A stretch of DNA of 64,000 bases from Camelus dromedarius (taxonomy: Eukaryota): positions 26,228,001 to 26,292,000 of the forward strand of contig NC_087437.1 of NCBI RefSeq assembly GCF_036321535.1. The letters run 5' to 3'. Below are positions 24,120-36,335 of this stretch, one piece after another; the first letter of the stretch is position 1, and each line of letters begins with the position of its first letter. The translations under genes were made by a program, and so were the position numbers. The notes under the pieces are model-generated. The model saw nothing but the letters and a program-made list of their open reading frames with translations. It did not search any database and was not told where the DNA came from.

Positions 24120-24740
24120 TCCAGACAGAGAAGGAGCACTATGGGGACTCAGAGGCTGGAGAGAATACAACATTTAGGAGGAACTGTAAGAAGTTTGATA
24201 TGGCCAGGAGGTAGGGGCGAGGTCACAAGGGCCTTGAAAGCTCAGTTAAGGCATCTGAACTTTACCCTGAAACTAAATGAGGAGCTTTCAAACAGGTGAC
24301 ATGATACAAACACATTTGCCTTTCCAGAAAAACCACCGTGGCCGCTGCATGGCAATGAATCAGAGGAGAGTAAGACTGTCGACTAGGAGGGAGCTCAGCT
24401 AGAAAACTACTGCAGAAGCCTGAGAAAGAGGGGCGGGGACCTAGGCCATGGGACATAGGGAAGGGAGGCCATAGGGCGCACTTATGAGGCGGGGCTGTGA
24501 GGGCTCAGAGAAGGCCTGGGCATGAGACGTGAGGAAGAAATGACAGGTGACGTTCCAGCTTGAGCAACATTCACTGAGTTCCAAACAATGGAAGAGAAGC
24601 AAGTTCAGGAGCGAGATCATGAATTCATTTTGGACACGCTGCCTTGAGGTGACTGTGGTACACACAACTGGACATGTCTAAGGGACAGTGGGTAGAAGGG
24701 TCTGGAACGCAAAAAAGAGCTGGAGGCTTAGACTAGAGAC
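24120..24740 (-). mobile_element. L2 fragment
   Basis: Purine-rich L2 antisense motifs 'gagctttcaaacaggtgacatgat...tttccagaaaaaccac' and 'atcatgaattcattttggacac'. Confidence 0.7.
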
Positions 24741-25314
24741 TTTTCCAAGTACAGGCGCTGAAACCCTTTCTCCAGTTACTGAAATGTGGCCATGCCTTAC
24801 AGACCCCCTTAAGCTCCAATCACTCCATGAAGCTGCTTTCTTATCAGCAGTTCATGTTCTGAACTCCTTTCCTGAACATAATATGTCACCTGTATGATAT
24901 CAGAGATGTTGGGGGAACAGATCAGACAGGTGTACAGACAGCCAGCCATTGTCACTGGTTGCACGCTAACAGTTTATGCTTACGTATTTTCCTGTCCAAC
25001 CCAACTTCAAGCTCTTTAAAGACAGACTTGTCTGGTATAGGCCCTGGGTTTTCCAAGGCAGACTAGGTTCCAAATATCTAGACCCTATGCATTCCGATGC
25101 CATTAAATTTTCATTAAAAATTCCAACATTTCCTCAAACAGCAATTGAACCAATCTTTCAGCAAACATTACAGTTAAACATGTAAGTCCTGAAAGATTGA
25201 GGACCACAAAAAGACACACAAACCCCAGGGTGAGAAAACATCAAGATTTCTCACTAAATCACATGAGTAGCTAATACTGGTAATTCTCCAACCGCAGTGG
25301 CCATGGGAGAGGCA

Positions 25315-25750
25315 GACTCTGGGGTCACACAAACCTGGGTTGGCACTGCAGCTCCACCACGGATACGGATGTAACCTGGAGCCAATTACTTAACCTCCCA
25401 GTGCCTCAGAAACCTCCTTTATGAGGGAAGGATGAAAAAAAGTAACTAATAGGTTCATTCATAACAAGCTGGATATAGAGTGACAGGCAACACAGACTCC
25501 ACCTTCACCTGGCTCACTGTCAGATAATGACCTAAATAATTAATTACTGCAGCTCTGAGGAAGTAGAGGATGCTACAGGGCTTATGACAAGGGGAAATCT
25601 TCTGTTCCCAGGGAAGTCAGGGAAAGCTTCAATGAAAAGAGGACCTTTGAAGGTAAGACTTAAGAGGAATTAACGAGATGATGGGGTTAGAATGAGGGGA
25701 ATCCCAAGGAAAGGCAAAAGCACGTGTGAAAGGGTTGAGGTCAGACTCTG
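25315..25750. mobile_element. MIR (+) followed by an L2 (-) fragment
   Basis: 'agactctggggtcacacaaacctgggtt...ttacttaacctcccagtgcctcag', then 'gaagtcagggaaagcttc'. Confidence 0.6.
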
Positions 25751-26307
25751 CTTTTTTTTATTAGAAAAACTGAGAGGTGACCACCCTGAATAAAAGTACA
25801 GCAGGGAGGGGAGTGGTGGAATAGACAGCTTACACTATTGTTGGATTATTTATAATTGTTATTGTTACCGTGCTATTTTTATAATGGTATTTTTTTTCTA
25901 GTGGTAAAGCCCAAGAACGCCACCCTTTTATAAAAAATAAAATCTGTGACATCAAGGCAAAACTATGAGACAGCTCTAATAGGTATTGTTAAGTATTTTG
26001 AGTTGCTTTTATTTTCCCCGTTTTTTCTAGTACTCATTTAATAAATGCATGTGGAATATTTTTACAAGGAGTATTGTGTAGTGCAAATATAAATCCATTA
26101 CTAGTGCTTAGAAGGCTGATAGTATGAATGAACTCAAGTGTCCTTTGAGAACTTGACACAGTAATTATCTAAAGGACCTATTTGATTGACCTTCTCTAAA
26201 GTTCTGAGTTGAATGCTTTCCAAATTAGCTAGTATAATTAAAAAGTCAATTCATTTTCTGTTGGTGAGAAATCAGTTATTTCAATTATTAACAACCTTAG
26301 GAGTCTG

Positions 26308-26902
26308 CACCTGCACCCCAATGTTCGTAGCAGCATTATTTACAAAAGCCAAGATGTGGAAACAGCCTAAATGTCCATCAACAGATGACTGGATAAAGAA
26401 GAGGTGGTATATTTATACAATGGAATACTAGTCAGCCATAAAAAACGACAACATAACGCCATTTGCAGCAACACAGATGGACCTGGAGAATGTCATTCTA
26501 AGTGAAGCAAGCCAGAAAGAGAAAGAAAAATACCATAGGAGATCGCCCATATGTGGAATCCAAAAAAAAAAGAAGAACATAAATACAAAACAGAAACAGA
26601 CTCATAAACATAGAATACAAACTTGTGGTTGCCAAGGGTGGGGCGGGGTGGGAAGGGACAGATTGGGATTTCAAAATTTGTAGATACTGACAGGCATATG
26701 TAGAATAGATAAACAAGATTATACTGTATAGCACAGGGAAATATATACAAGATCTTGTGGTAGCTCACAGCAAAAAGAAAAATGTGACAATGAATATATG
26801 TATGGTCATATATAACTGAAAAATTGCGCTCTACACTGGAATTTGATACAACATTGTAAAATGACTATAACTCAACAAAAAAATGTTAAAAAAAAAACAC
26901 AA
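26308..26902 (+). mobile_element. Relatively young 5'-truncated L1 (ORF2 C-terminus, 3' UTR, A tail)
   Basis: Translates to CTPMFVAALFTKAKMWKQPKCPSTDDWIKKRWYIYTMEY*...MDLENVILSEASQKEKEKY, the L1 ORF2 C-terminal region with one stop. Perfect 18-bp TSD aacaaccttaggagtctg at 26290-26307 and 26903-26920. Confidence 0.96.
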
Positions 26903-27860
26903 AACAACCTTAGGAGTCTGGGAAAGTCTACAAAGACCCATGTGACTGTAAAATTTCCTCCGATAACTCAAAAACATTACTCAGATTTGCCAAGGGATAA
27001 CTGAAAAATGAAAGATATATTTTTGAAAAACAAGTGGTGAGTAAGCAGACCACTTGTGAAAAGTACAAATAAAACTATCCACCCATTACCTTCAACAAAA
27101 GATTCCCATTTAGACTAGAAGCTTTACAAGGGTAAACAGTTTGGTCCTCAGTGCCTAGACAAGGGTCTGGCACATGGCTGATGTTGGATGTATTGGATGA
27201 ACATATAAACAAATAAAAGAGGAACTACAGTAACTATGCAAATATTGGTATCTGATATTTTAAATTGTGAATTATACATAATTTTGTTATTTTTAATAAA
27301 TCTATGTTCAATGTATCATTACTCGCTATATTATTTTATAATGATCAGAAACACTATTTTTTACAATGTAGGAAAAAAATTTCACTTGGAATACCGAGAT
27401 GTACATATTTATATTCTGACTACCCCACCATCCACATCCACACACACAGCCACACCACCGAGCCCTGTGTAGTTAAGGCATATTTCTTTCCCAATAAATA
27501 CATAAGTAATTTTTAGGAGGGTAAACTGCAAAAATTATCATAAGAAAAAGAACTGAAGCACAAGTGATAAAGGGTCTAAAATGTGACGAGCTACATGAAG
27601 CCATCTAGTCGGACCCCATCACACATCAGGTGGGTAACAAGGTGCAAAGAAGCACCACTTAACTTTGCATTACTTTGTGTGACACGGACGGAAGCACCAG
27701 GTCCTAAAGAGTCATCCAAACTCCACTAGGGATTTTCTTCACAAACTTGTGTTAACTAATCACAATCAGATTATCTACTAAAAGGTACTGAATACTGATG
27801 ACCTCACCACCACACCCTCCTCTTCTTCAAGGAATTATCATGCTAATTCACTAGGATAGA

Positions 27861-28172
27861 TAGGGGTCAGCAAATTACACCCTGCAGCCAAACCCCACCC
27901 ACCACCCATTTCTGTACAGCCAGCAAGCTAAGCATGGTTTTTACACTTTAAAATAATTCAATTTTAACAAATTAAAAGTATAATACTATTGGTGACATAG
28001 GAAAATTCAAATTTCTATGTCCACAAACAAAGGTTTACTGGAACACAGCCATGCTCATTTGTATAGGTCTTGTCTATGGCAGAGCTCAGTAGTTGTGACA
28101 GAGACCACCTGGCCCACAAAGTCTAAAATATTTATCACCTGGCCCTTTACAGAAAACGTCTGCCGACCTTTG
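27861..28172. mobile_element. MER58-family hAT-Charlie MITE (longer variant)
   Basis: Termini 'ggggtcagcaaa' and 'tctgccgacc'; internal 'ttactggaacacagccatgctcattt' and 'tggcccacaaagtctaaaatattta'. Confidence 0.85.
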
Positions 28173-29403
28173 CACTAGGAGATAGTTAACGTGTCTTTGG
28201 TAAATTTCATCTTCAGAAAGAGCCAGCCGTGTCCCCGCCAACCAGCTGCAGTCACTCGCAAGCTATTTCCTCTTCTTTGATTATTGAAACTCCACAGCAA
28301 AGTATTGTTTTTACCAGTCACTCAGAAAACAAAGATAAAAGTTTCCACAGAGGAAATAATAACCTTCCTTTTCCAAGGTCCTCATCTGCCTCACTTGCAG
28401 TGAAATTAAAAAGCAGTGCTTCACTCACAAGTTGGTCTGTATCATTTTCCCCAACTGAATTCAGACGACTCCAACAGTTCACTTTCACAGTGAGGGGCTC
28501 AGGCAGAAAAAACAACAACAACAAATAACTAGGTTGCTGAAAGTGAATTTAGCCTAAAAAAAAAGAGAATATTTATTATCTGGAACTGAAAGCATTTTTC
28601 TCTTCCTTTGAGATGCTATTCTTCTAATGTCAAAATGTTATCCTTGTGTACTACACATCTGCTAAAAATTGAAAATTATAATATCCACACTAAAATTTTT
28701 AACTTGACAGTTTTCCAGATGAAAACAAAGTACCAAATTCATACCTGCTCAGTGCTGCAAAATAACATTTAAGTTGTCAAGAAGTTTTTTGTTTGATTTT
28801 GTTCCATATTCCTTTCCTCTACGAGTGTACAAAGTACTGCCTTGTAACACGTAAACTAGGAAAATCCCATTCCCCGGACCTTTGGAAAGAACTTTAAGGT
28901 CGGCTATGTTCACTTACATCATGACCCCAACTGTTATGTTCCTAAAGTTACAAATGGACACTCTTCATTTAACAGCACATTTAAAGAAACCTAATGTTAG
29001 TTCAACATGGGTAAACAGTCTCCAACACTGTATAAATAAAGAATTCTTTGAGTTGTAAATAGCAGTTGCTTAAAGTAGTGGAAGACTGGCTGAGAAAGAC
29101 AGAAACAAGAGATGGACACAAAGTTCAGAGGACCTCCCCCTCCCTTTCCAGCAGGGCAAAGCTAGGGGACAAGACATCACAAGGTTGCAAGAGCTCGGCC
29201 ATCCAGAAGGACACCAAAGTTGCCAACACCTGAAACCAGCCACCATTCAGTCATTTCATTTGCTGAACATCAACTGAACAGCCTCCTACTTACCCATCAT
29301 CCAGGGGCTTCAAGAGCCTGGATTCTGACCTTGAGAAGCCTGCTGACATGAAGGTCAGGAAGAATTGCACAGAACCAATAAAGCTACCCAGGGGACAATG
29401 ACA

Positions 29404-29620
29404 TGAGGTTGGCTAAATGCAGCCTGCAGGCCATGTCTAGCTGGCAGCCTGTTTTTGTAAATAAAATTTTGTAAATAAAGTTTTATTGGAACATGGCCAC
29501 ACCCATTCATTTTTGTATCTATGGCTGCTTTGTTGCTACAATGGACACAACAGAGACCATGTAGCCCACAAAGTCAAAAATACTTACTGACCCTTTTCAG
29601 AAAAATTTTGCCAACGTCTG
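29404..29620. mobile_element. MER58A-like hAT-Charlie MITE
   Basis: 'gcctgtttttgtaaataaa...gttttattggaacatggccacacccattcattt...aaaattttgccaac'. Confidence 0.85.
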
Positions 29621-30537
29621 AATATGCCAGAGAGCTGGCATCCGGCCGGGGTAATCAGAGGAGACTACGTGAACGAGCTGGTATTTGGTCTAAGCCTTGA
29701 AGAATATAGAGTTTCATAAGAAATGGGAAAGAAGATAGTGAGGGATAGAACAGCCAAGATGAGAGCAATGAAGGGACCAAATCTAAATGGGGAACAGAAT
29801 GTAGGAAGGGGCATTGTGGCCAAGTGGCTAACGGCACTCACCTGGACTACAAATTAACTACTAATGACATAGTTCCATTATGTTTGCTAACTTACTGGCA
29901 ATGTTATTCCACTTTCCTTTAGCTTCTTTGATGTTTATGGCAAACCTCATCAGGACCTAGCAAAAGCCAAGGTGAGTTACAAAAGTTCAAAAAAAAAAAT
30001 GCTGACTGAATGATTATTATATTCAATCATAAATTTGCACGAGTTTAACTTCAAAAACACTTGTATACATTATTGCCTAGACTTGTATTTACTCCTTGAT
30101 CATGACACACATTATTATTTCCATTTGGCGAATGAGGAAAACTTGGACTTACTGCATGTCCCATATGGCGTCAGGGACCAAAGACTGGCCTGGCACCCTG
30201 GATTCCCCACCCCATCCTATGACTTACTTTGGAAGACACTCCTGTTGGATGGGTTGCCACATGGACTACCTTGGAGATTAGAAATTCTGACAATCAAATA
30301 CTAAAGAATCAAATAGAAATGCTTTTTTTGGACGTATCCTTGCCAAACTCAAACTGTGGCCTGCATTAGTTAGAACTTGGTGCTACTCAAAATCTAGATC
30401 AAAGACCGGGAGCTTGAGGTAAGTTCATTCTGTGCTTCAACAAGCTCTGGTCAACATGCACATTTTGTTACAGCAGGCACCAGGTAAAAGTCCACATGGA
30501 TTAACTTGAATCCATTACAGACTAAAACAAAACTCAC

Positions 30538-30596
30538 CTACCAATATATACCTTGGCTGTTGGATCATCTTATTCTGCACTGGAACACTTTGGGTC
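30538..30596 (-). other. Candidate small exon (59 nt, or 45 nt via an alternative donor) of an unidentified minus-strand gene
   Basis: Minus strand reads 'ttcctttgtcttaag|GACCCAAAG...CAGCCAAG(gtatat)...TTGGTAG|gtgagt' in unique sequence. Confidence 0.35.
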
Positions 30597-31600
30597 CTTA
30601 AGACAAAGGAATTATTAATAATTAAATCCCCTGTCCCTCTGTATTGGCGAGTACACAATAAACAGGGTTTGAATGAGTCCCTTAGAAACTCCAGCTGCCG
30701 GCCAACTGAGTAATATCTCCTTTTCAGGGAAGTGACATAAAAGAGATTCTAATACCTTGGGTCTCTAAGTATTTCCTATGCAAGAGGATATGAGGCTCCA
30801 GCACTGAATTTCTCCACCAGCAGGATATTTAGTGTGATGAGTAAATGAGCATGGAAAACTGGAGTTTCTCTCACCATGTGTCATTCCAGAGGTCAGACTT
30901 TCCACAATCACCAAGTTGGTGTAAATGGCTTCTTTAACCATGGAAGGTGTCTCCTCTCAACCCCTTCCTCATGTCTCCTCCCTCACATCTCACCTCCACT
31001 AATTCCCTCAAAACAGCTCTCCCTGCATAATTTTTAATTTTTGTTCCTTTAACATAAGCCTATCTAGAGGCCTGTATAGCTAAACTATCTCCATGATGGT
31101 TAACTTCAGAACAGACAATGGTTCTAAAGCAGGTCTGAAAACCATTTTCAAAAATGTAACTACTTTCAAAGAAGAGGCGGGCAGGCTGGCAGTGGAGCAG
31201 ACAGGCCCTGTGATGCCTTCTGGATCAGAAGGGGACTACTCCTACTCTCTCAGGTCCCTGTCCCAATCATTCCGCTGAAGTCCTGTCTCCCAACGTCCAC
31301 CAGTCTTTTCCCAATACCCACCTCTTGAAGCCAGGGCAGCCTCAGAAGAGAAATCAGGACACATAAAGGCAGAGGACAGAACAGAATCAAGCACAAAATC
31401 TAAATTCAGCGTAGTGACCTAAGAAGTATGGTCAACTGTCCTCTCAACCTGGCCTAATTAAAGGATGCCATGAAGGTGTGCATCATTCCCCACCATCAGT
31501 ACCAAGGAAACAGAGTCAAGAGCCAGGACCAAACACAGGGCTGAAGATAAGCGGCAAGATTAAAGGTAAAAACTTGGCAGTTAAGAAAAGGAATCTGCCA

Positions 31601-31752
31601 GGGGAGGGTACAGCTCGGCAGGAAAGCCCATGCTCAGCAAGCACGAAGTCATGGGCTCGGTACCCAGTACCTCTGCTAAATTAAAAAATAATAATAATTA
31701 ATAAATAAATAAACCTAATTGCCTCCTCCTGCCAAACAAACAAACAAAAAAC
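31601..31752 (+). mobile_element. Diverged Vic-1-type SINE (long form)
   Basis: 'ggggagggtacagctcggcagg...catgctcagcaagcacgaagtcatgggctcggtacccagtacctc' plus 'taaataaacctaattgcctcc'. Confidence 0.85.
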
Positions 31753-32919
31753 AAGGAAAGATGTCTGCCTTGTCCTGACACAGCCACCTCAATAGAGCCA
31801 ATCTCTACTCCCTTCATGCCTCCTTTTATTTTGGTAACTTACATTCTTTTATTACGTTTTTAACAATCCAATAATCTAGGCTTATGGTGGAAAAAATCAT
31901 ATAATACGTATAAACAAAAATGAAACAAAGTATACAACTGGAAAAATGAAAAGAAGAAACTCCATAATTTCTCCACCCAGAAAACCCATTGCTAACGTTT
32001 CGGCATTGCCTTCCAAAGGTGTTCTTCCTTACGTGTCTTTTGAGGGGGTCTTCCTTGAACTGCTTTCAAACATTAAATAAGATTGGAAAAAATCAGTTCA
32101 TCTGAGAAGCTATCACTGACATACTTCTCAAAGGCACTGATGATTAAGGATTTCTTCCCATCTAGTATAATATAAATGTTTGATCCTCTATCATTTTCCA
32201 AATTAATAAGGCCATTGTGATCCAGGATCCATTTTAATTGCTTTTATAAGCAACAGGAACATCTTTCAAATGAGACGTTGGAACAACAGCCTCTATGATG
32301 GGTATAGTAGAGTTCATTATACTACTCCACTAGTATCGGGGTATGTTTGAGATCTTCCACTACAAAAAAAAATGCTTTGCACATGCACCTCAGTGCTCAT
32401 TTATGTGCAGGCCAATATGTGTGGTATTCACTAAATGAAGTAAACAATACTTCGTACTTTCAAAGCACAAGTCTTGAATAAAATATTTGCAGACATCTTC
32501 TGATTTAATGCAGACACACCTAAAACTCAATTGTGACAACTGTCCAAATATTGGTCTCTGCCATTTTTAGAAGAGTTTCTTCTTTGGCCCACTGATTTCT
32601 CAGGCTCTTAAAAACTACGCACAAAATCCTATGCTATCTGGGATTCGCTTTAAAATAATTTAGCGAGCAATGAGTCATTACAAATTTTAGAACATTTTTA
32701 AAAGAGAGTGGATCAATAAACCAGAATGGTAGAATGTTGATAACTGAAGTGGGTGACGATGGGCATGTGCAAATTTATACCATTTTCCTGCTCATAAGCG
32801 TATTTGAATATGTCCATAATATAAAGTTTTTTTTAACTATTGTGAATATAATGCTCCTAAGGTAAATAAATCCTTCATATTCAGTGTAAAGATTACTAAA
32901 TTTTATCCGAGTGGCCACT

Positions 32920-33070
32920 GTGTGCCCAGTGTTCCCAGCATGTTATACTCCATTCCTCACAGCATGCCTTCTGGCTCGGTGTTACTGGTCCCGATTTGCC
33001 ATCTGAAGAAACCGAGACCCAAAGAAACAAGCAGCTTGGCCAAGGACTCAATGCAGTGGAGATGGGGGAA
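32920..33070 (-). mobile_element. MIR
   Basis: 'cattcctcacagca...tgaagaaaccgagacccaaaga...cttggccaagg'. Confidence 0.65.
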
Positions 33071-33544
33071 GGCGGAACAGCCACACCATGGAGGTGTCCA
33101 CTACACGTATTGTTTAGTCCCTTTCTAAATATTATTGTACGTGAGCATGTCTGCTTCATTGTCACTTGCAGTATTTTAGTGCATCCTGTTTTTCTAGAAA
33201 AATGAATCAGCCCCTCTCTGTTTATCCAAGATAACAAAACAAAACAAAAAAGGCCCGAGAACAATATTGGTCTGATGGAGGCCATCCTGACTGTAAAAGG
33301 AAACGTCCCTGAGTCAATATCCTCAGTGAGAGACAGCCCTTCGTAAAACAAACCAGGAATATTCCAACAGGGTTCAAATAAGCATAAACATCCACACTGT
33401 TCAGTGGAAGCTACCCTGCTCTCACCAACTGGAATTTTGCTGCTTGGTGGAGGCTTTTCCCGTCTCATCTCGGATTCATTCCATGAACTCTCTTCCCTCA
33501 AAGGGCTCCCACTTTCAACCTTTCATAACGTCTCTTATTTTTCC

Positions 33545-33850
33545 CCTTAACTGAGATGTCCTCTCCTGCCCCTCTTTCTGCCTCTCAAAACTCTACTCTA
33601 TCCTTAAAAACCCAGCCCAGGGAGCAGCCTCCTCTGTGACCCCATGTAACCCGCTGGCTGGAACTGTTTCTTCTCCTGCACTTTCTTAATAAAACGGCTG
33701 TCGTCTCCGTTAGTAAATTTCCTTGCATCGCCATATATGACGATAAGCCATTTCGTATTTCTCTCTAAAATTCAATGCCAATTATTTAAGACAAAGGCCA
33801 CTCATTCATTATTACATCCCACAGTCCCAGCACATAGTCGAAGCTCAATG
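33545..33850 (+). mobile_element. L2 3' fragment
   Basis: 'ctctactctatccttaaaaacccagc...cctcctctgtga' and 'cagtcccagcacatagtcgaagctcaat'. Confidence 0.55.
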
Positions 33851-34784
33851 TGGAAGAAGAAAGAGGAGGCAGAAGGGAAAGGCTGCTTTATATGTACAAA
33901 CCAGAGATGAGTTTAATAAGGGGGTCAGGATCTGAAGTCACCAAGTGAAGACAAAACTGATACAGGAAAGCTGCTCCTGAAAAGCTAACTGAACATTACT
34001 TTTGCTGTACCGTTTTTAGTTATTCTGTCTCTTAATAAAACCAGCACACCCAGTTCTTCCTCCAGCTCTGGGACACAGGGAAATAACTGGTTTTCACTCA
34101 GGCGCCATACTGTGGTCAGACCCCGAGGGTCTCCTTGGAACCAAGATGAGCAGAAGGAAAAACAGACTCACATCTCACTTCACACTGACTCCAGGGCATA
34201 CCCTCCTAGGGCCAGAGTGGAGCATTACACAATCTGCCTTCACTTTCTCTCTGCCCCACTCTTTCCAGGCTCACAGGGTTGCATGTGGGTGCATCCAATG
34301 CACACACATTGTAACTCCACTGTGCGTCCTCAAGTTCCCTTACGGGTGTCCAAGGATCAGCCACTTTCATTATCTCTAGCTGACCACAATCTAACAAAAG
34401 AGTTATTTGAAGCCCTTTAAAATCTACCTATCATCAACATTACAAACTCTAGATTCCTCCCCAACCACTTATTAAACAAAGAACAATGATTACATTTGAA
34501 ATGATTTTTAAGAATTACTTTGGAACGGCTACTATCAAGTTCTCAGGGGTGAACTGAAAAAGAGATTCCAAAGGCTGTGCCCTCTGCAGGCACGTTCTTT
34601 TGGACACTAAAAAATGGCATGAGGGGCTCCCAGAGGCAACAGGCTGCTGGCCCAAGTTGGCCACAAGCCTGGGCTACAATGTCAGGCAGACAACAGATAT
34701 GTCCGGGCGGCTGGGCAGATGGGCAGACACTGAGGCGCTAGTACCAAGCTGGGAGTGGGAGGACTGACATCTCTGAGCATCCAT

Positions 34785-34950
34785 CTGTGCCAGAGTCGGT
34801 GCCAGATGCCCCGCAAGTGTTTATCTCTAATCCTCACAGTGGCACCCAAGGCAGGCAAGAACCTAAGTAACTTACTCAAGGTCACCCAGCCAGGAAATGG
34901 CAGAGCCAGGGTTGGAAGCCAGTTAAGTCAGGTTCCAGAAAGTGCTCTGA
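34785..34950 (-). mobile_element. MIR
   Basis: 'taagtaacttactcaaggtcacccagccaggaaatggcagagccagggttggaagcca'. Confidence 0.8.
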
Positions 34951-36119
34951 ACCAATGGATTACAAAGATGTAGTGCCCACACACCTGGAGCTTACAGACC
35001 AACTGGGGAAAAAGCGAGGGATACGTAACGTCAGGTGTGAGAAATACCAGTAAAGGGGGACTTGGGAATGCAAAACAGAGAAACCTTATAAAAGGCAGCG
35101 GTTAATTTGAACCCAGTTCTGCCTGGACCCAAAGTCTTTGGGCTCTGCACTATATTAGGCTGCCTCTCCAAGCTGTAGGAGCCTGGGATGGCAGAGGAAG
35201 TGCCAATTGAGGACAGGGACCAGATAAACGCAAACTTGTCCCACCACCTCCTCCATTCTCCCCAACTCAGCTACTGCCTGGGCTCCAGATAGAAGCAGTG
35301 CAGAAGCCAACACCACCTCCAAGCCATTGACATCTGTGTGATACCCAGAGACATTCAACCCAGAGATGTTTAATGTTTAGGCTACTGGCCAAACAAGGAA
35401 ATCCAAGATAAACCTGCCATTCTGTCATGACCTCATCCTGCTGCAAGACAGACAGAAACAATGGCAAAGAGGAACAGCCCTGCTATGTCTTCACAGCACT
35501 TTCAGGAAGGGATGAAGCTGTCAGTCACACCTCACTGAGGCTGTACTTAGGCAGGGAGCAGGGACTCTCCTGAAGGCAACCCAGTGGGCCCCCTGCAGCA
35601 TCTCAAAGGATGATAAATAGCATGGCTTCCCCTCAAACTTCACACTAATTGCCAGGAGTTCCTGTGAGGCACCGTTTGTCAGCAATATTGTTAAAAAGAA
35701 ATCAGGTATATAGTTGATGATTTCTTCAATCCCCACCCTCTTGTCTTTGGAGCACAACCAAGGTACCTTTGTTCAAATTTGTTACTTTAAGTTTTAACTG
35801 ATGGCCAAGGGGAGGCCCACAGTTTACCTCTGTTGCCCGAAGATGGGATGGCCCAGCAATACTGCCCACTTGGGTTGCTGGTTAATCCTAAGAGTAGGCT
35901 GAATCTGGAGATCCTATTACACCAATGGCTGGTTCTCTCAAGATCTCAGGGAGCTGGTTTCTAAATTTTATTTTCCAAATGGTGGTCCTTTGGAAGCAAC
36001 TAGGATTCCACCATTGTACCTTCCTTTAGGTGCCCGATTAGGGACTTGGCTCCACTTAACATCCACATACTTTGATTTTTAAGTTGATTTTTGGTCCGAT
36101 CTAGTGTAGACAGTCTTGA

Positions 36120-36335
36120 GCACTTACCTAAGTACTTTACATAGACTGACTCTCTTAATCCTGGAGAAAGGAAACAGCCTTGCTCAATAGGTGCTTTTGT
36201 TATCATCTCTGCTTAGAGATGAAGAAACTGAGACACAGAGAAATTATGTAACTCACCCAGGGTCAAACCGTTCCTGAGAAGCACGGTTGAGAACTGAATG
36301 CCAACATTCTGACTCTAGAACATTCTGACTCTAGA
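36120..36335 (-). mobile_element. MIR
   Basis: 'agatgaagaaactgagacacagagaaattatgtaactcacccagggtca'. Contains a 16-bp tandem duplication at 36303-36334. Confidence 0.75.

Noticed and set aside
26213..26683. ORFs of 72 and 68 aa as a host gene
   Set aside because: Interrupted L1 ORF2 C-terminus.
28739..28768. 10-nt minus-strand microexon pattern (ttattttgcag|CACTGAGCAG|gtatga)
   Set aside because: Not a multiple of 3 and only a moderate donor; such patterns are expected by chance in 64 kb.
32896..33501. 201-aa minus-strand ORF
   Set aside because: Non-ATG start, overlaps a MIR, and has no recognisable domain.
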